From assembly GCA_022800625.1 (NCBI GenBank), contig JAAWQR010000001.1, positions 151,786 through 215,785 on the forward strand: a DNA stretch of 64,000 bases, read 5' to 3'. This document shows positions 17,808 through 28,220 of the stretch, piece after piece. This stretch comes from Clostridiales bacterium. GTDB lineage: Bacteria; Bacillota; Clostridia; Oscillospirales; CAG-272. The notes under the pieces are model-generated. The model did no database searches, had not been told where the DNA came from, and saw only the letters and a list, made by a program, of their open reading frames with translations. Made by a program: the position numbers and the translations under genes. Within the stretch, counting starts at the first letter, position 1. Each line of letters opens with the position of its first letter.

Positions 17808-18062
17808 AAAAAACTCCGTTCTGCATAAAATATTTTTTGAAATTTTATCGTTTTGAATTACAATACGATCATATATATTCTGCGTCCGCAAGTGCTCATT
17901 AAACGGTGAAATTTTTTCTTTTAACTCTTCATTTCATCAAATTTACAGATTTTTTGACTCTTGTGCATTGATTTTATAATTGTGAGTGGTATAATTGTAA
18001 GTATCAAATTTAAAATTTGCACACTGATGTTGTGCGCCGCAAGGTGCGGAATGGAGATAGTT

Positions 18063-19232
18063 ATGGATATAAGACAAGAATCACTTAAGAAACATAAAGA
18101 ATGGCACGGAAAAATAAAAATAGAACCTGTGGCAAGAGCAACCAATGCCGAAGAACTGTCACTTGCATATACTCCGGGAGTAGCTGAACCGTGTCTCGCG
18201 ATTGCCGAAAATCCCGAGCTTTCGTATTCACTCACAAGACGCTGGAATACCGTTGCCGTAATTACTGACGGAACGGCAATTCTCGGTCTCGGAGACATCG
18301 GAGGTGTAGCAGGTATGCCTGTAATGGAAGGAAAATGTCTTCTGTTTAAAGAATTTGCCGATATTGACGCGATACCGCTTTGTGTCAGCACCAAAGACAC
18401 CGACGAATTTGTTGCTACCGTACGCAACATATCTGAATCCTTCGGCGGAATCAACCTTGAAGATATTGCAGCACCCAGATGCTTTGAAATCGAAAGACGG
18501 CTAAAAGAAGAGTGCAATGTACCGATTTTCCACGACGATCAGCACGGTACAGCTATAATAGTAGCTGCGGCGTTACTGAACGCGCTGAGACTTACATCAA
18601 AAAAACTTGAGGAGATCAAGCTGGTAATTTGCGGAGCAGGAGCAGCGGGAACAGCTATCGGAAGACATATCGCTTCACTCGGATGCCGTAATATCATATA
18701 TGTTGACCGCACGGGAGCTATCGCACACGGTGATCAATTTGAAAATCCCGAGCATTATCTCCTTGCAGAAGAATCAAATCCAAACTGTGAGAGAGGCACG
18801 ATAGGCGATATTCTAAAGGGCGCTGACGCTGTGATCGGCGTTTCACGGCCGGGACTTATTACATCCGATATGATCCGCACCATGGCAAAAGATCCTATTG
18901 TCTTCTCCCTTGCAAATCCAACTCCCGAAATTATGCCTGACGAGGCTATTGCAGGAGGAGCTGCTGTAGTCGGCACCGGGCGCAGTGATTTTCCGAATCA
19001 GATAAACAATGTCCTTGCCTTCCCCGGTATATTCAGAGGTGTACTTGATTCAAGAGCATCGGATGTTAACGATGAAATGAAAAAGGCAGCAACCTTTGCA
19101 CTTGCGAACCTTATAAGTGACGATGAGCTTTCACAGAATTATATTATACCGTCACCGTTCGATAAAAGAGTAGTTTCCTCGATCGCAAAGGCTGTGGCAA
19201 AAGCAGCAAGATGTTCAGGCGTTGCAAAATAA
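18063..19232 (+). CDS. NAD(P)-dependent malic enzyme
   Basis: LAYTPGVA, VMEGK, INLEDI, FHDDQHGT, GAGAAG, GRSDFPNQINN. Confidence 0.95.
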   Translation: MDIRQESLKKHKEWHGKIKIEPVARATNAEELSLAYTPGVAEPCLAIAENPELSYSLTRRWNTVAVITDGTAILGLGDIGGVAGMPVMEGKCLLFKEFADIDAIPLCVSTKDTDEFVATVRNISESFGGINLEDIAAPRCFEIERRLKEECNVPIFHDDQHGTAIIVAAALLNALRLTSKKLEEIKLVICGAGAAGTAIGRHIASLGCRNIIYVDRTGAIAHGDQFENPEHYLLAEESNPNCERGTIGDILKGADAVIGVSRPGLITSDMIRTMAKDPIVFSLANPTPEIMPDEAIAGGAAVVGTGRSDFPNQINNVLAFPGIFRGVLDSRASDVNDEMKKAATFALANLISDDELSQNYIIPSPFDKRVVSSIAKAVAKAARCSGVAK

Positions 19233-19395
19233 CTGCACTGATTATTTCAAATTTGAGCCACAATAGTATTGTTAATAAGCCCGTTTTCAATGCAATAGAT
19301 TTTCAAGATAACTTATTCGAATGTATTCGACAAGTATTTTCATTTATTTTACTTTATGTTGTGTATATCGCCGAATAAAAATTAAATTTTCCCTA

Positions 19396-19424
19396 TTGAT
19401 TTTACCCTGCGTTTTTGCTATAAT
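19396..19424 (+). promoter_or_regulatory. SigmaA promoter upstream of HPr
   Basis: TTGATT-N17-TATAAT with extended TG. Confidence 0.7.
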
Positions 19425-19617
19425 ACTGATATACAATTCACAGAAAAGCTTCTGTGACAAATATACTTTACCTTTAATTTAAAATCAATGTAGTACTCAC
19501 AAATATGTGTTTGTGTCTATCACGGAATATCTTTGAAATTTCTGCGAAGTCTATTATGCAAATCAAAGATCATTCAATACTTTTTAAGCGGGATCGCCCC
19601 GCAGAATGGAGACTGTT

Positions 19618-19881
19618 ATGATTTCACGCGATGTAACCATAAAAAATAATGTTGGGCTTCATGCAAGACCTGCTACATTTTTTATTCAAAAGGCAAACTC
19701 ATACAAAAGTTCTATATGGGTAGAAAAGGACGACAGACGTGTAAATGCAAAGAGTCTCCTCGGTGTTCTCTCCCTTGGAATCGTAAAAGGTATGACCGTT
19801 ACGATTCACGCGGACGGTATTGATGAAAATGAAGCTGTTGACGGACTTTCGGAACTGATCGACACAGGCTTTACCGAATAA
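19618..19881 (+). CDS. ptsH: HPr phosphocarrier protein
   Basis: GLHARPA (His15) and NAKSLLG (Ser46). Confidence 0.92.
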   Translation: MISRDVTIKNNVGLHARPATFFIQKANSYKSSIWVEKDDRRVNAKSLLGVLSLGIVKGMTVTIHADGIDENEAVDGLSELIDTGFTE

Positions 19882-19899
19882 TAAAACAATTAAATCACC

Positions 19900-19944
19900 G
19901 TGCCTTGTCTGACATGCCGCATCTCTGCATTTCGGACAAGGCAT
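19900..19944 (+). terminator. Hairpin after HPr
   Basis: TGCCTTGTCTGA...TCGGACAAGGCA. Confidence 0.5.
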
Positions 19945-20020
19945 AATCTGTTTAAGGCTGATATAAATATAGCAAGCGGGAAAATTCTCGCTTATTTCTT
20001 AACATGTAAGCGGAGATTCT

Positions 20021-21937
20021 ATGCAGAACAAATCGTCAAAAAAGATCAGAGATCCTGACGCACTCAGGTCTAAAGCGGCGGCTCTCCCGCGTAAGCCCGG
20101 CGTATATATTATGCACGGTGAAGACGGAAAAGTTATCTACGTCGGAAAATCAAAATCACTCCGAGACCGTGTATCACAATACTTTCACGGTGCGCATGAA
20201 GTTAAGACCGAGAAGATGGCTTCAGCGGTTTATGATTTTGAATTTATTGTCTGTGCTACAGAAATGGAAGCGCTTTCACTTGAGAACAGACTGATAAAAC
20301 ATCACACACCAAAATATAACATTAAGCTGAAAGACGCAAAATCTTATCCGTATATCAGAGTTAATATAAAAAGCGAATATCCGACCGTCACTATGACGCG
20401 AACAAGACTTTCGGACGGCGCACTGTATTTTGGTCCTTATTCATCGACATCCACAGTTTATTCAGTCATAGCATCACTGGAGAGAACTCTCGGAATACCG
20501 TCTTGTAAAAAAAAATTTCCGTCCGATATCGGAAAAAGCCGTCCGTGTGTAAACTATCAGATTGGCAGATGCGTCGGACTGTGTACAGGCAATATTTCAG
20601 AAGAAGAATACCGAGAGACGATAGATACAGCTGTCCATATCCTCAGAGGCGGCACATCGGGAGCAATTAAGGCTCTGACCGAAGATATGTACAGATATTC
20701 CGAATCCATGCAATTTGAAAAAGCCGCAAAATGCAGGGACACTATAACATCTCTGAAAAAACTGGGTGAGAAACAGTCGGCGGTCACATCGCCTGATGTA
20801 GAGTGTGATGTTTTCGGACTTTGTACATCGGGGAACACTTCTTCATTGCACGACAGCATTTCTGTGTTTTACATCAGAAGCGGATATATTGCCGACAGAG
20901 ATCATTTTCTGTTTGACGACAGCGCAATTGTTAATGCTGAAGAATCGGACGATTCTCCTCTGACGTCATTTATAACAAGACTTTACGGGGGCAGAGAATA
21001 CATTCCGAAGGATATATTGCTCTCATTTGATATATCAGACTCCGATCATGCGCTTCTCACAGAATGCCTGAGCGGGCAGGCAGGACACCGTGTCAATATT
21101 AAAACACCGAAACGCGGCGCATCAAAGCAGTTATGCGATTTAGCCTGCGAGGACGCTAAAGTGCATGCGGAAAGCGAAGTTTCTACGCATCGTGCGCTTG
21201 AAAAAATGCTCGCACATCTGGCTTCAATTCTGAGACTTGAAGTATTTCCCGAAAGGATCGAAGCCTACGATATTTCAAATTTGGGATCGGAACATATAAC
21301 CGCAGGTATGGTCGTTGCCGTAAACGGAAAGCTTACAAAAAGCGAATACAGAACTTTCTCAATATCGTCTCTTTCTGCTCCTGATGACTACTCCGCTATG
21401 AAGGAAGCCTTGCTGAGACGTATGGCTCATACTAAGGATGAGCCAAAAGACGGTGTACCGCCCCCCTCTCCCGATCTTATTCTTCTTGACGGCGGTGCGG
21501 GACATGTGAGTGTTATTAAGGAAGCTCTTGACGAGGCAGGTTATTATGTTCCCGTATTCGGCATGGTTAAGGACGAGCATCATAAAACGCGCACCATCGT
21601 TTCCGACACGGGAGAGATAGATATTTCAAAGCAAATGGACGTATTCCGTTTTGTATACTCTCTTCAGGAAGAAGTACACAGATACACCGTCGGACGCATG
21701 ACTAAGGCAAAAAGAAAGACTCTTAAGACCTCTTCTCTTGAAAAGATTCATGGAATAGGTCCTGCTAAAGCAAAAATACTGTTGTCGCATTTCAGAACGC
21801 TCGCGGCTGTAAAAGAGGCAAGCTTTGAGGAACTGTCGTCAGTATTTGGAATAACTGAAACTGACGCAGGCAACATTATAAAATATTTTGAAAAACAGCA
21901 AAATAATACAAACTCCGAAATAAAAAGTAATAAATAA
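20021..21937 (+). CDS. uvrC: Excinuclease ABC subunit C
   Basis: GIY-YIG (PGVY..IYVGK), RIEAYDIS, DLILLDGG, HhH GIG. Confidence 0.97.
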   Translation: MQNKSSKKIRDPDALRSKAAALPRKPGVYIMHGEDGKVIYVGKSKSLRDRVSQYFHGAHEVKTEKMASAVYDFEFIVCATEMEALSLENRLIKHHTPKYNIKLKDAKSYPYIRVNIKSEYPTVTMTRTRLSDGALYFGPYSSTSTVYSVIASLERTLGIPSCKKKFPSDIGKSRPCVNYQIGRCVGLCTGNISEEEYRETIDTAVHILRGGTSGAIKALTEDMYRYSESMQFEKAAKCRDTITSLKKLGEKQSAVTSPDVECDVFGLCTSGNTSSLHDSISVFYIRSGYIADRDHFLFDDSAIVNAEESDDSPLTSFITRLYGGREYIPKDILLSFDISDSDHALLTECLSGQAGHRVNIKTPKRGASKQLCDLACEDAKVHAESEVSTHRALEKMLAHLASILRLEVFPERIEAYDISNLGSEHITAGMVVAVNGKLTKSEYRTFSISSLSAPDDYSAMKEALLRRMAHTKDEPKDGVPPPSPDLILLDGGAGHVSVIKEALDEAGYYVPVFGMVKDEHHKTRTIVSDTGEIDISKQMDVFRFVYSLQEEVHRYTVGRMTKAKRKTLKTSSLEKIHGIGPAKAKILLSHFRTLAAVKEASFEELSSVFGITETDAGNIIKYFEKQQNNTNSEIKSNK

Positions 21938-21949
21938 TGGAGGAATCAG

Positions 21950-22696
21950 ATGGATGCCCAACCCTACTATTTAGCTTATGAGAAAAGATACAAAGCTGTT
22001 TTTGAAGCAGGCGGAGAGTATTGGGGACATTCCCCGGAAGATCAAGAGCTTTATAATACACTGAAAGAATGGGTACATGATAATAATTTGGTAGGAAAAA
22101 AAGTTATTGAATTCGCTTGCGGCGAAGGAGCAAGCGGACTTATACTATCAGAGCTTGGTTGCAATTATCATGGTGTTGATATTGCACCATCTGCTGTGAA
22201 AAAAGCCAAAGAAACATTAAAAATTTACCCGAATGCAAGAGTAGATATACTTGATATGGTTAAAGAATGTGTAAAAGAAAAATATGATGCTGCTATTGAC
22301 AGTATGGGATTTCATATGCTTGTAACCGATGAGGACAGGAAGCTATATTTGAGGAACGCATTTTCATCGCTGAAAAATAATTCGCCGATGCTGTTTTATA
22401 AAGAATCATTCAGAAGCAACAATAATAGCGATGAAATAATAAAATCTCCTGTCTCCTCTTATGACGAATGGCTGAAAATAACCGGTGCTGACTATAAAAC
22501 TCCATTGCCGCGCAAGGTCAATATGGGAAACGGCGATATGGAAATAATGATTCCTCTTGTACCTGCAAGAGCAAACGACAAAGAGGGTTATATTTCAGAA
22601 ATGCAAACTGCCGGATTTAGAGTTGAAAAATTTATTGAAATGGATAGTTCAGACTCAATTAAGTACTCTGCCAGTATTTATGTGAGAAAGCCTTAA
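21950..22696 (+). CDS. Class I SAM-dependent methyltransferase
   Basis: IEFACGEG (motif I), GVDIA, YDAAID. GGAGG SD. Confidence 0.85.
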   Translation: MDAQPYYLAYEKRYKAVFEAGGEYWGHSPEDQELYNTLKEWVHDNNLVGKKVIEFACGEGASGLILSELGCNYHGVDIAPSAVKKAKETLKIYPNARVDILDMVKECVKEKYDAAIDSMGFHMLVTDEDRKLYLRNAFSSLKNNSPMLFYKESFRSNNNSDEIIKSPVSSYDEWLKITGADYKTPLPRKVNMGNGDMEIMIPLVPARANDKEGYISEMQTAGFRVEKFIEMDSSDSIKYSASIYVRKP

Positions 22697-22787
22697 CTTA
22701 AAAATACGATATTTATATAATATATTTTAAATATGTTATTAATCGAAAAAGAAATATTATAATTAAAAATTTAGGAGCATAGTAAAT

Positions 22788-23420
22788 ATGAGAATTATAA
22801 CAGGAACGGCGAGAGGGGCAAAACTCGCAACTATCGAAGGAGACGCTACCCGTCCGACAACCGACAGGGTAAAGGAAGCAATCTTTTCAATGATTCAGTT
22901 TGACATTGAAGGCAGACGTGTGCTTGATCTGTTCGGAGGCTCGGGTCAGCTTGCACTTGAAGCTCTCTCTCGGGGGGCGGAAAGAGCGACAATTATTGAT
23001 GAATCCCGTGACGCTGTCAATATCATAATAGAGAACGCAAAGCATGCGAAGCTTTACGAAAAATGCAGAATTTCCTGTTGCTCTTACGCTTCATTTCTAA
23101 AGGGATTTAACGAAAGCGATAAATTTAATATCGTATTTCTTGATCCGCCGTACAATACTTCCCTGCTCCATGATTCACTGAATGCACTGAGCGTGGGAAA
23201 TGTTCTTGCTGACGGCGCACTCATTATCTGTGAGTCCGACACTCCTCAGTCAAAAAAGAAAAGTTTAGAGAAGAAAAATCCCGAATTAAAGAACGCGTCA
23301 ATTCTGCACGATGTATTTTCAGACGACGAAAAACTGATGAGCCGTTACAATATAGAAAAAAGCAGCGCATACGGCAGGACAAGAATAACAGTACTGTCTC
23401 TTGCAGACACGGATAAATAA
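22788..23420 (+). CDS. rsmD: 16S rRNA m2G966 methyltransferase
   Basis: MRIITG, RPTTDRVKEAIF, LDLFGGSG, EALSRGA, DPPY. Precedes coaD. Confidence 0.95.
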   Translation: MRIITGTARGAKLATIEGDATRPTTDRVKEAIFSMIQFDIEGRRVLDLFGGSGQLALEALSRGAERATIIDESRDAVNIIIENAKHAKLYEKCRISCCSYASFLKGFNESDKFNIVFLDPPYNTSLLHDSLNALSVGNVLADGALIICESDTPQSKKKSLEKKNPELKNASILHDVFSDDEKLMSRYNIEKSSAYGRTRITVLSLADTDK

Positions 23421-23507
23421 AAATTTCTCTCAATATCAATGGAGACTATAGTGAAAGATACGTTTAGTTTATATTGAAGCACAACTGTTTCACGCACAAA
23501 TTCACCG

Positions 23508-23531
23508 ACTTCACAAATTTATTTGTGAAGT
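23508..23531. repeat. Perfect 11-bp inverted repeat between rsmD and coaD
   Basis: ACTTCACAAAT-TT-ATTTGTGAAGT. Confidence 0.6.
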
Positions 23532-23644
23532 GGAAAAATGGATAAACGAACATTTTTGTATGCTTGGTATACACGCGCGTGTGTAACACGGTGAATTTTA
23601 TAACCTATTTGCGCAGCCACTAAAGTGTCTGTATGGAGATTATT

Positions 23645-24148
23645 ATGAAAAAATGTATAATTCCGGGAAGCTATGATCCTGTAACCGCAGGACACACTGC
23701 GCTGTTTCGTACTGCAGCGGAGATTTTTGATGAAGTTTATGCAGTTATACTTGTAAATTCCGAGAAAAAAAGAGGTATGTTTTCACCTGAAGAAAGACTG
23801 AGAATACTAATCAGTGCGATATCCGCTCTTGAGAGCAAAGGATACAAAAATATTCACGCGATACTAAGCGACAGGCTTACAACCGACGCGGCGCGTGAAT
23901 TGGGCGCAGGGTATATCGTTAAAGGTATTCGAGGAAGCTCAGATTTCGGATATGAATATGATCTTTCCCAGATCACAAGAAGATTTGACAGGACGCTAAA
24001 AACAGTTTTTATCCCGTGTGACTCCGAAATGGCATGCGTCAGTTCAACATATGCAAGAGAGCTTATAAAATACGGGAAGCTTGACAGCACAGATCTTGCT
24101 GAAGGAACATCGGAAATAATAGCCGATATAATGGGGAATAAAATATAA
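23645..24148 (+). CDS. coaD: Phosphopantetheine adenylyltransferase
   Basis: PGSYDPVT.GH, KGIR...DF.YE, VSST. Confidence 0.92.
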   Translation: MKKCIIPGSYDPVTAGHTALFRTAAEIFDEVYAVILVNSEKKRGMFSPEERLRILISAISALESKGYKNIHAILSDRLTTDAARELGAGYIVKGIRGSSDFGYEYDLSQITRRFDRTLKTVFIPCDSEMACVSSTYARELIKYGKLDSTDLAEGTSEIIADIMGNKI

Positions 24149-24380
24149 GGATTTATAAAAGATAATATTAGTTTTTCTGTTGCCAAAAAAACTATGACTA
24201 TGAAAAGACTTGCAAATACTTATTTTTACAGATTTAAACACTAAAATCAATAATGATTTTGCAGCTTTGGCGTCCAAATGGTGCTTAGATTTCCCGTTGC
24301 GATATAAAACAATACAGATAGATATTAAGCTATGCGAGGGCGAAAGCACTTGTTGCTTTCGTTCTATTAGCTGCCATATG

Positions 24381-24462
24381 AGCAGGGGCAACCGCACCTG
24401 TCAACGGAGGTCAAAACCCGTTCATCTCGACCGTTGACTAGGTTGGCTGCCCCTGCTATTCT
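24381..24462 (+). promoter_or_regulatory. Long imperfect hairpin carrying a sigmaA promoter in its 3' arm (Frpo/sso-like)
   Basis: AGCAGGGGCA/TGCCCCTGCT and GTCAACGG/CCGTTGAC stems. TTGACT(24434)-N17-TATTCT(24457) with extended TG. Confidence 0.6.
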
Positions 24463-24530
24463 GTACAAATATGGGTATTTATAGTATAAGTACACAAATT
24501 AACAAATGATAATTTAAGGAGGCAAGTTAA

Positions 24531-25076
24531 TTGATAACCGGCATTATGATAATGGGTTCCTCAGGATCGGGAAAAACGACGCTTGGAGAATTGGCAGCCA
24601 ATGAATTAGGCTACACTTTTGTGGACATAGATGAATATATTTGGCGGAAAGATACAGAGATTCCTTTTTCTGAAATGTATCCAAAGACTGAGAAAATTAG
24701 TCGATTAATGGAAGCAATATCGACCTGCGATCACTTCGTAATGGCTGGTTCGATGGATTCATTTCACGAACATTTTGACCCGTATTTTGAGTTGGTTGTC
24801 CACTTACATACGGATGCACAAGTTCGCATGAAGCGTGTTCATGATCGCGAATTTGATTTGTTCGGTAAGCGTATCTTGGAAGGTGGCGACATGTATGCAG
24901 AACACCAAAAATTCTTAAATGACATTGCAGGATATGATTTTGGAATTGGCAGTTGTACCTTACAACAACATGAGCTTTGGATAAAATCTCTTAAATGCAA
25001 AGTGATTCAATTGGATGGTGCACATGCGTTAGAGAAAAATTTAAAAATAATTCTTGAAGCATACAGAGAAATATAA
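24531..25076 (+). CDS. P-loop nucleotide/adenylate-kinase-like AAA protein
   Basis: GSSGSGKTT Walker A and DIDEYIW. AAGGAGG SD with TTG start. Confidence 0.85.
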   Translation: MITGIMIMGSSGSGKTTLGELAANELGYTFVDIDEYIWRKDTEIPFSEMYPKTEKISRLMEAISTCDHFVMAGSMDSFHEHFDPYFELVVHLHTDAQVRMKRVHDREFDLFGKRILEGGDMYAEHQKFLNDIAGYDFGIGSCTLQQHELWIKSLKCKVIQLDGAHALEKNLKIILEAYREI

Positions 25077-25210
25077 ATTTGCACAAAGGTTTGGGATATT
25101 CCGAACAAGCAAAAATCTCTTTATCTGCCGCAGACGGGAAAGAGTGATTTTTACGGGAATGGTATCCCTTTCCTATGCTTGCTAAGTAATTATAAGACAA
25201 TTTTCGTTGA

Positions 25211-25249
25211 AAAAATCGGAGGAGTCAAAAAGACTTCCCCGACTTTTTA
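25211..25249. terminator. Probable bidirectional terminator
   Basis: TCGGAGGAGTC-AAAAA-GACTTCCCCGA flanked by A and T runs. Confidence 0.6.
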
Positions 25250-25346
25250 TATTCCTCCGCTATATTTCGGACACGCCGTGAATATATTTAACTATAGACA
25301 CAAGAAATATCTTCACAAAACAAGTCACAGAAAGGTATGGTTAACA

Positions 25347-28220
25347 GTGGACGGAAGTATAGCATTCGGGCGTAAAAAAAGCTCATGTGAAAAGAACTCA
25401 GAGATAAAGGGACAGATTTGTAAAGCTGACATAACAAACAAAGATAAGCAGGTGAAAAATAATGAATCGTTTCGCCTGCCGCTCAGTCCCGAAAAAGGTC
25501 TTACATGCAATGAAGCAAAACTCTCGCGTGAAAAATACGGATCAAATACCTTCACGGAAAAAAAGCGTCCGGGATTTATAAGTCAATTTATAAAGAACTT
25601 ATCCGATCCTATAATAAAAGTACTTATTGCGGCTCTTATTTTAAATATCATATTTACTTTCCGCAATATAAACTGGGTTGAAGTCTGCGGAATTGCGCTC
25701 ACCGTATTTATTGCATCTTTTGTCTCTACAGTGTCCGAATTCAGCAGCGGCGCGGCATATGACAAGCTCTTTCACGGAATGGCGGAGCACCAATATACGG
25801 TTATGCGAGATTCTGTACCTACAGTTTTGACGACATCGGAAATCGTAAAATTTGACACTGTCGAGCTGAAAGCAGGCGACATAATTCCCGCTGACGGAAT
25901 TTTGATATCGGGTTCTGTTACCTGCGATCAGTCCTCTCTGACAGGAGAATCACGTCCTGTCTCTAAAACACCGCACAAAAAAATTTCTTCTTTAACAGAA
26001 GATACGATCTGTGCTCTTTCTGACGCGTCAAATGAAAATTTCCTCTGCAGAGGAGCTTCTGTGATTTCGGGAGACGGAACGATTCTTGTCAGCGCTGTAG
26101 GCGACTCAACGGTATACGGAAGTATTGCAGCAGGTCTTCAGGACAGTGAAGGACCGAGTCCGCTTAAAGAAAGGCTGACAAGTCTTGCAAAAACAATCAG
26201 CCGCATGGGATATATAGGAGCTGCCGTCGTTGCTGTGGCATATCTTGTAAATTCATTGTTTTTAGACGGCGGAGTCAGCACAGCTCTCATATTGCTCAGA
26301 CTTCGGGATCCTAAATTTTTAGCTTCTGAAATTCTTCACGCTCTTACCCTTGCCGTATCAATTGTTGTTGTTGCTGTTCCCGAAGGTCTTCCCATGATGA
26401 TAACTGTAGTACTGTCCGCAAATATGAAAAAAATGATGAAGCGCGGAGTTCTGGTGCGCAAGCTTGTAGGTATTGAAACCGCAGGAAGTTTAAGTCTTCT
26501 CTTCACCGATAAAACGGGCACGGTCACAACAGGAAAAATGAAGGTGTCGGGAATCTGTACCTGTGACAGCGTTATATTAAACAGAAACGAGCTTCGTAAA
26601 TCTCGGGATATTGCAGAACAAATGTATCTCGGCGCACGATTCTGTTCGGGAAAAGGCGGCGGAAACATGACAGATCTTGCAATTTCGGATTTTGTAGGAG
26701 AAAGTTCGCTCAAAGATTTCGAATGTATTGAAACTATTCCGTTTGATTCACAGAAAAAATTTTCAGCCGCTCTTATAAGACGGCGTTCAGACAGGCAGAC
26801 ATTTACTGTTTTGCGGGGCGCGCCTGAAATCGTAGAATCATTTTGCAGAAATTCTTTAAAAAATGACGGCGGCACATGCTCAGGTATCAGATGCCTTGAT
26901 ATTTCATCATTATCAAAAAAATCCAAAAGTAATACAGGAAATATAAAAAAGAGCAAATCCGAAAGAGTTATAGCTCAGGCATACGGAAGTGCTGACGCTA
27001 TGAGGTCGCTTAAAGAGATCGGTAAGGCAAATGATATGACTTTTGTTTGCAGAATACGCATTCGTGATGAAGTCAGAGCCGCCGTTCCCTCCGCAGCCGC
27101 GGAATGCAGAGACGCGGGAGTGCAAGTCGTTATGATCACGGGAGACGGAAACGAAACGGCATGCGCTGTAGCTCAGGATGCGGGAATTCTTACGGGCGAA
27201 TACATCATATACAAATCAGGCTGTGACACTGACAGAAAAAACGCTAAAATAGTTATGGAAGCGTCAGAGCTTCATAAGATATCAGACGAGACGCTCAAAG
27301 AAATTTTACCGCGTATATCCGTAATTTCAAGAGCTACACCGTCTGACAAAACAAGACTTGTTCGAGTTGCCAAGGAAGCAGGTCATGTAGTAGGTATGAC
27401 GGGAGACGGTGTAAATGACGCACCCGCACTGAAGGCTGCTGACGTCGGCTTTGCAATGGGAAGCGGTACAGACGTAGCAAGAGAAGCCGGAGATATTATT
27501 ATATCGGATAACAACTTTGTATCAATAACCCGTGCTGTCCTTTTCGGCAGAACTATATTTGAGAGCATACGAAAATTTATTCTTTTCCAACTGACAATGA
27601 ATGTGTGCGCGGTCGGCGTATCTCTTTTAGCTCCGTTTTTCGGTGTTGAAACCCCGATCACCATTACTCAGATGCTGTGGATCAACATAATAATGGACAC
27701 TCTCGGATCTCTTGCCTTTGCGGGAGAAATGCCGCTTAGAAGCTATATGAAACGTCCGCCTACTGTCAGAGGAGAAAAAATTCTGAACCGTGAAATGACG
27801 GAGAGAATTATATTCGGAGGAATATATACACTTATACTGTCAATGTTCTTCCTGATATCAAAAAATATGCGCACGATATTCAGCCGCGGCGATGAAACAT
27901 ATTACCTGACCGTATTTTTTGCACTGTTTGTATTCTGCGGCATTGCAAATTCTTTCTGTGCGCGAACACCCAGACTCAATTTGTTATCAGGTCTCGGTGG
28001 AAACAAAACATTTATTTTTATAATGGCGCTCGTTGCATCGGTACAGCTTCTTATGATATATTTCGGCGGCGAAATATTCCGTACAGTTCCGCTCGCCAAA
28101 GACGAAATGGCGCTGGCCGCAATACTCGCCGCAACAGTTATTCCCATGGACTTTATAAACAAAATTTTTCTGTCATACAAGCGCAGAAGAAAGAGATTAA
28201 TCAGTTCAGAAAACCCTTAA
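25347..28220 (+). CDS. Ca2+-translocating P-type ATPase (PMCA-like, type II)
   Basis: TGES, PEGL, DKTGT, TGD, GDGVND, WINIIMD. Start uncertain (GTG 25347 or 25452). Confidence 0.92.
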   Translation: MDGSIAFGRKKSSCEKNSEIKGQICKADITNKDKQVKNNESFRLPLSPEKGLTCNEAKLSREKYGSNTFTEKKRPGFISQFIKNLSDPIIKVLIAALILNIIFTFRNINWVEVCGIALTVFIASFVSTVSEFSSGAAYDKLFHGMAEHQYTVMRDSVPTVLTTSEIVKFDTVELKAGDIIPADGILISGSVTCDQSSLTGESRPVSKTPHKKISSLTEDTICALSDASNENFLCRGASVISGDGTILVSAVGDSTVYGSIAAGLQDSEGPSPLKERLTSLAKTISRMGYIGAAVVAVAYLVNSLFLDGGVSTALILLRLRDPKFLASEILHALTLAVSIVVVAVPEGLPMMITVVLSANMKKMMKRGVLVRKLVGIETAGSLSLLFTDKTGTVTTGKMKVSGICTCDSVILNRNELRKSRDIAEQMYLGARFCSGKGGGNMTDLAISDFVGESSLKDFECIETIPFDSQKKFSAALIRRRSDRQTFTVLRGAPEIVESFCRNSLKNDGGTCSGIRCLDISSLSKKSKSNTGNIKKSKSERVIAQAYGSADAMRSLKEIGKANDMTFVCRIRIRDEVRAAVPSAAAECRDAGVQVVMITGDGNETACAVAQDAGILTGEYIIYKSGCDTDRKNAKIVMEASELHKISDETLKEILPRISVISRATPSDKTRLVRVAKEAGHVVGMTGDGVNDAPALKAADVGFAMGSGTDVAREAGDIIISDNNFVSITRAVLFGRTIFESIRKFILFQLTMNVCAVGVSLLAPFFGVETPITITQMLWINIIMDTLGSLAFAGEMPLRSYMKRPPTVRGEKILNREMTERIIFGGIYTLILSMFFLISKNMRTIFSRGDETYYLTVFFALFVFCGIANSFCARTPRLNLLSGLGGNKTFIFIMALVASVQLLMIYFGGEIFRTVPLAKDEMALAAILAATVIPMDFINKIFLSYKRRRKRLISSENP

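Noticed and set aside
24210-24437. 75-aa ORF upstream of the kinase
   Set aside because: No SD, runs through two hairpins and has no recognisable motif. At most a gene fragment.
25179-25346. Long N-terminal extension of the P-type ATPase in the ORF track
   Set aside because: Spans a terminator and intergenic-looking sequence. Downstream GTG starts are more plausible.
28201-28220. 20-bp convergent overlap of ATPase and deacetylase
   Set aside because: Short tail-to-tail overlaps are common.
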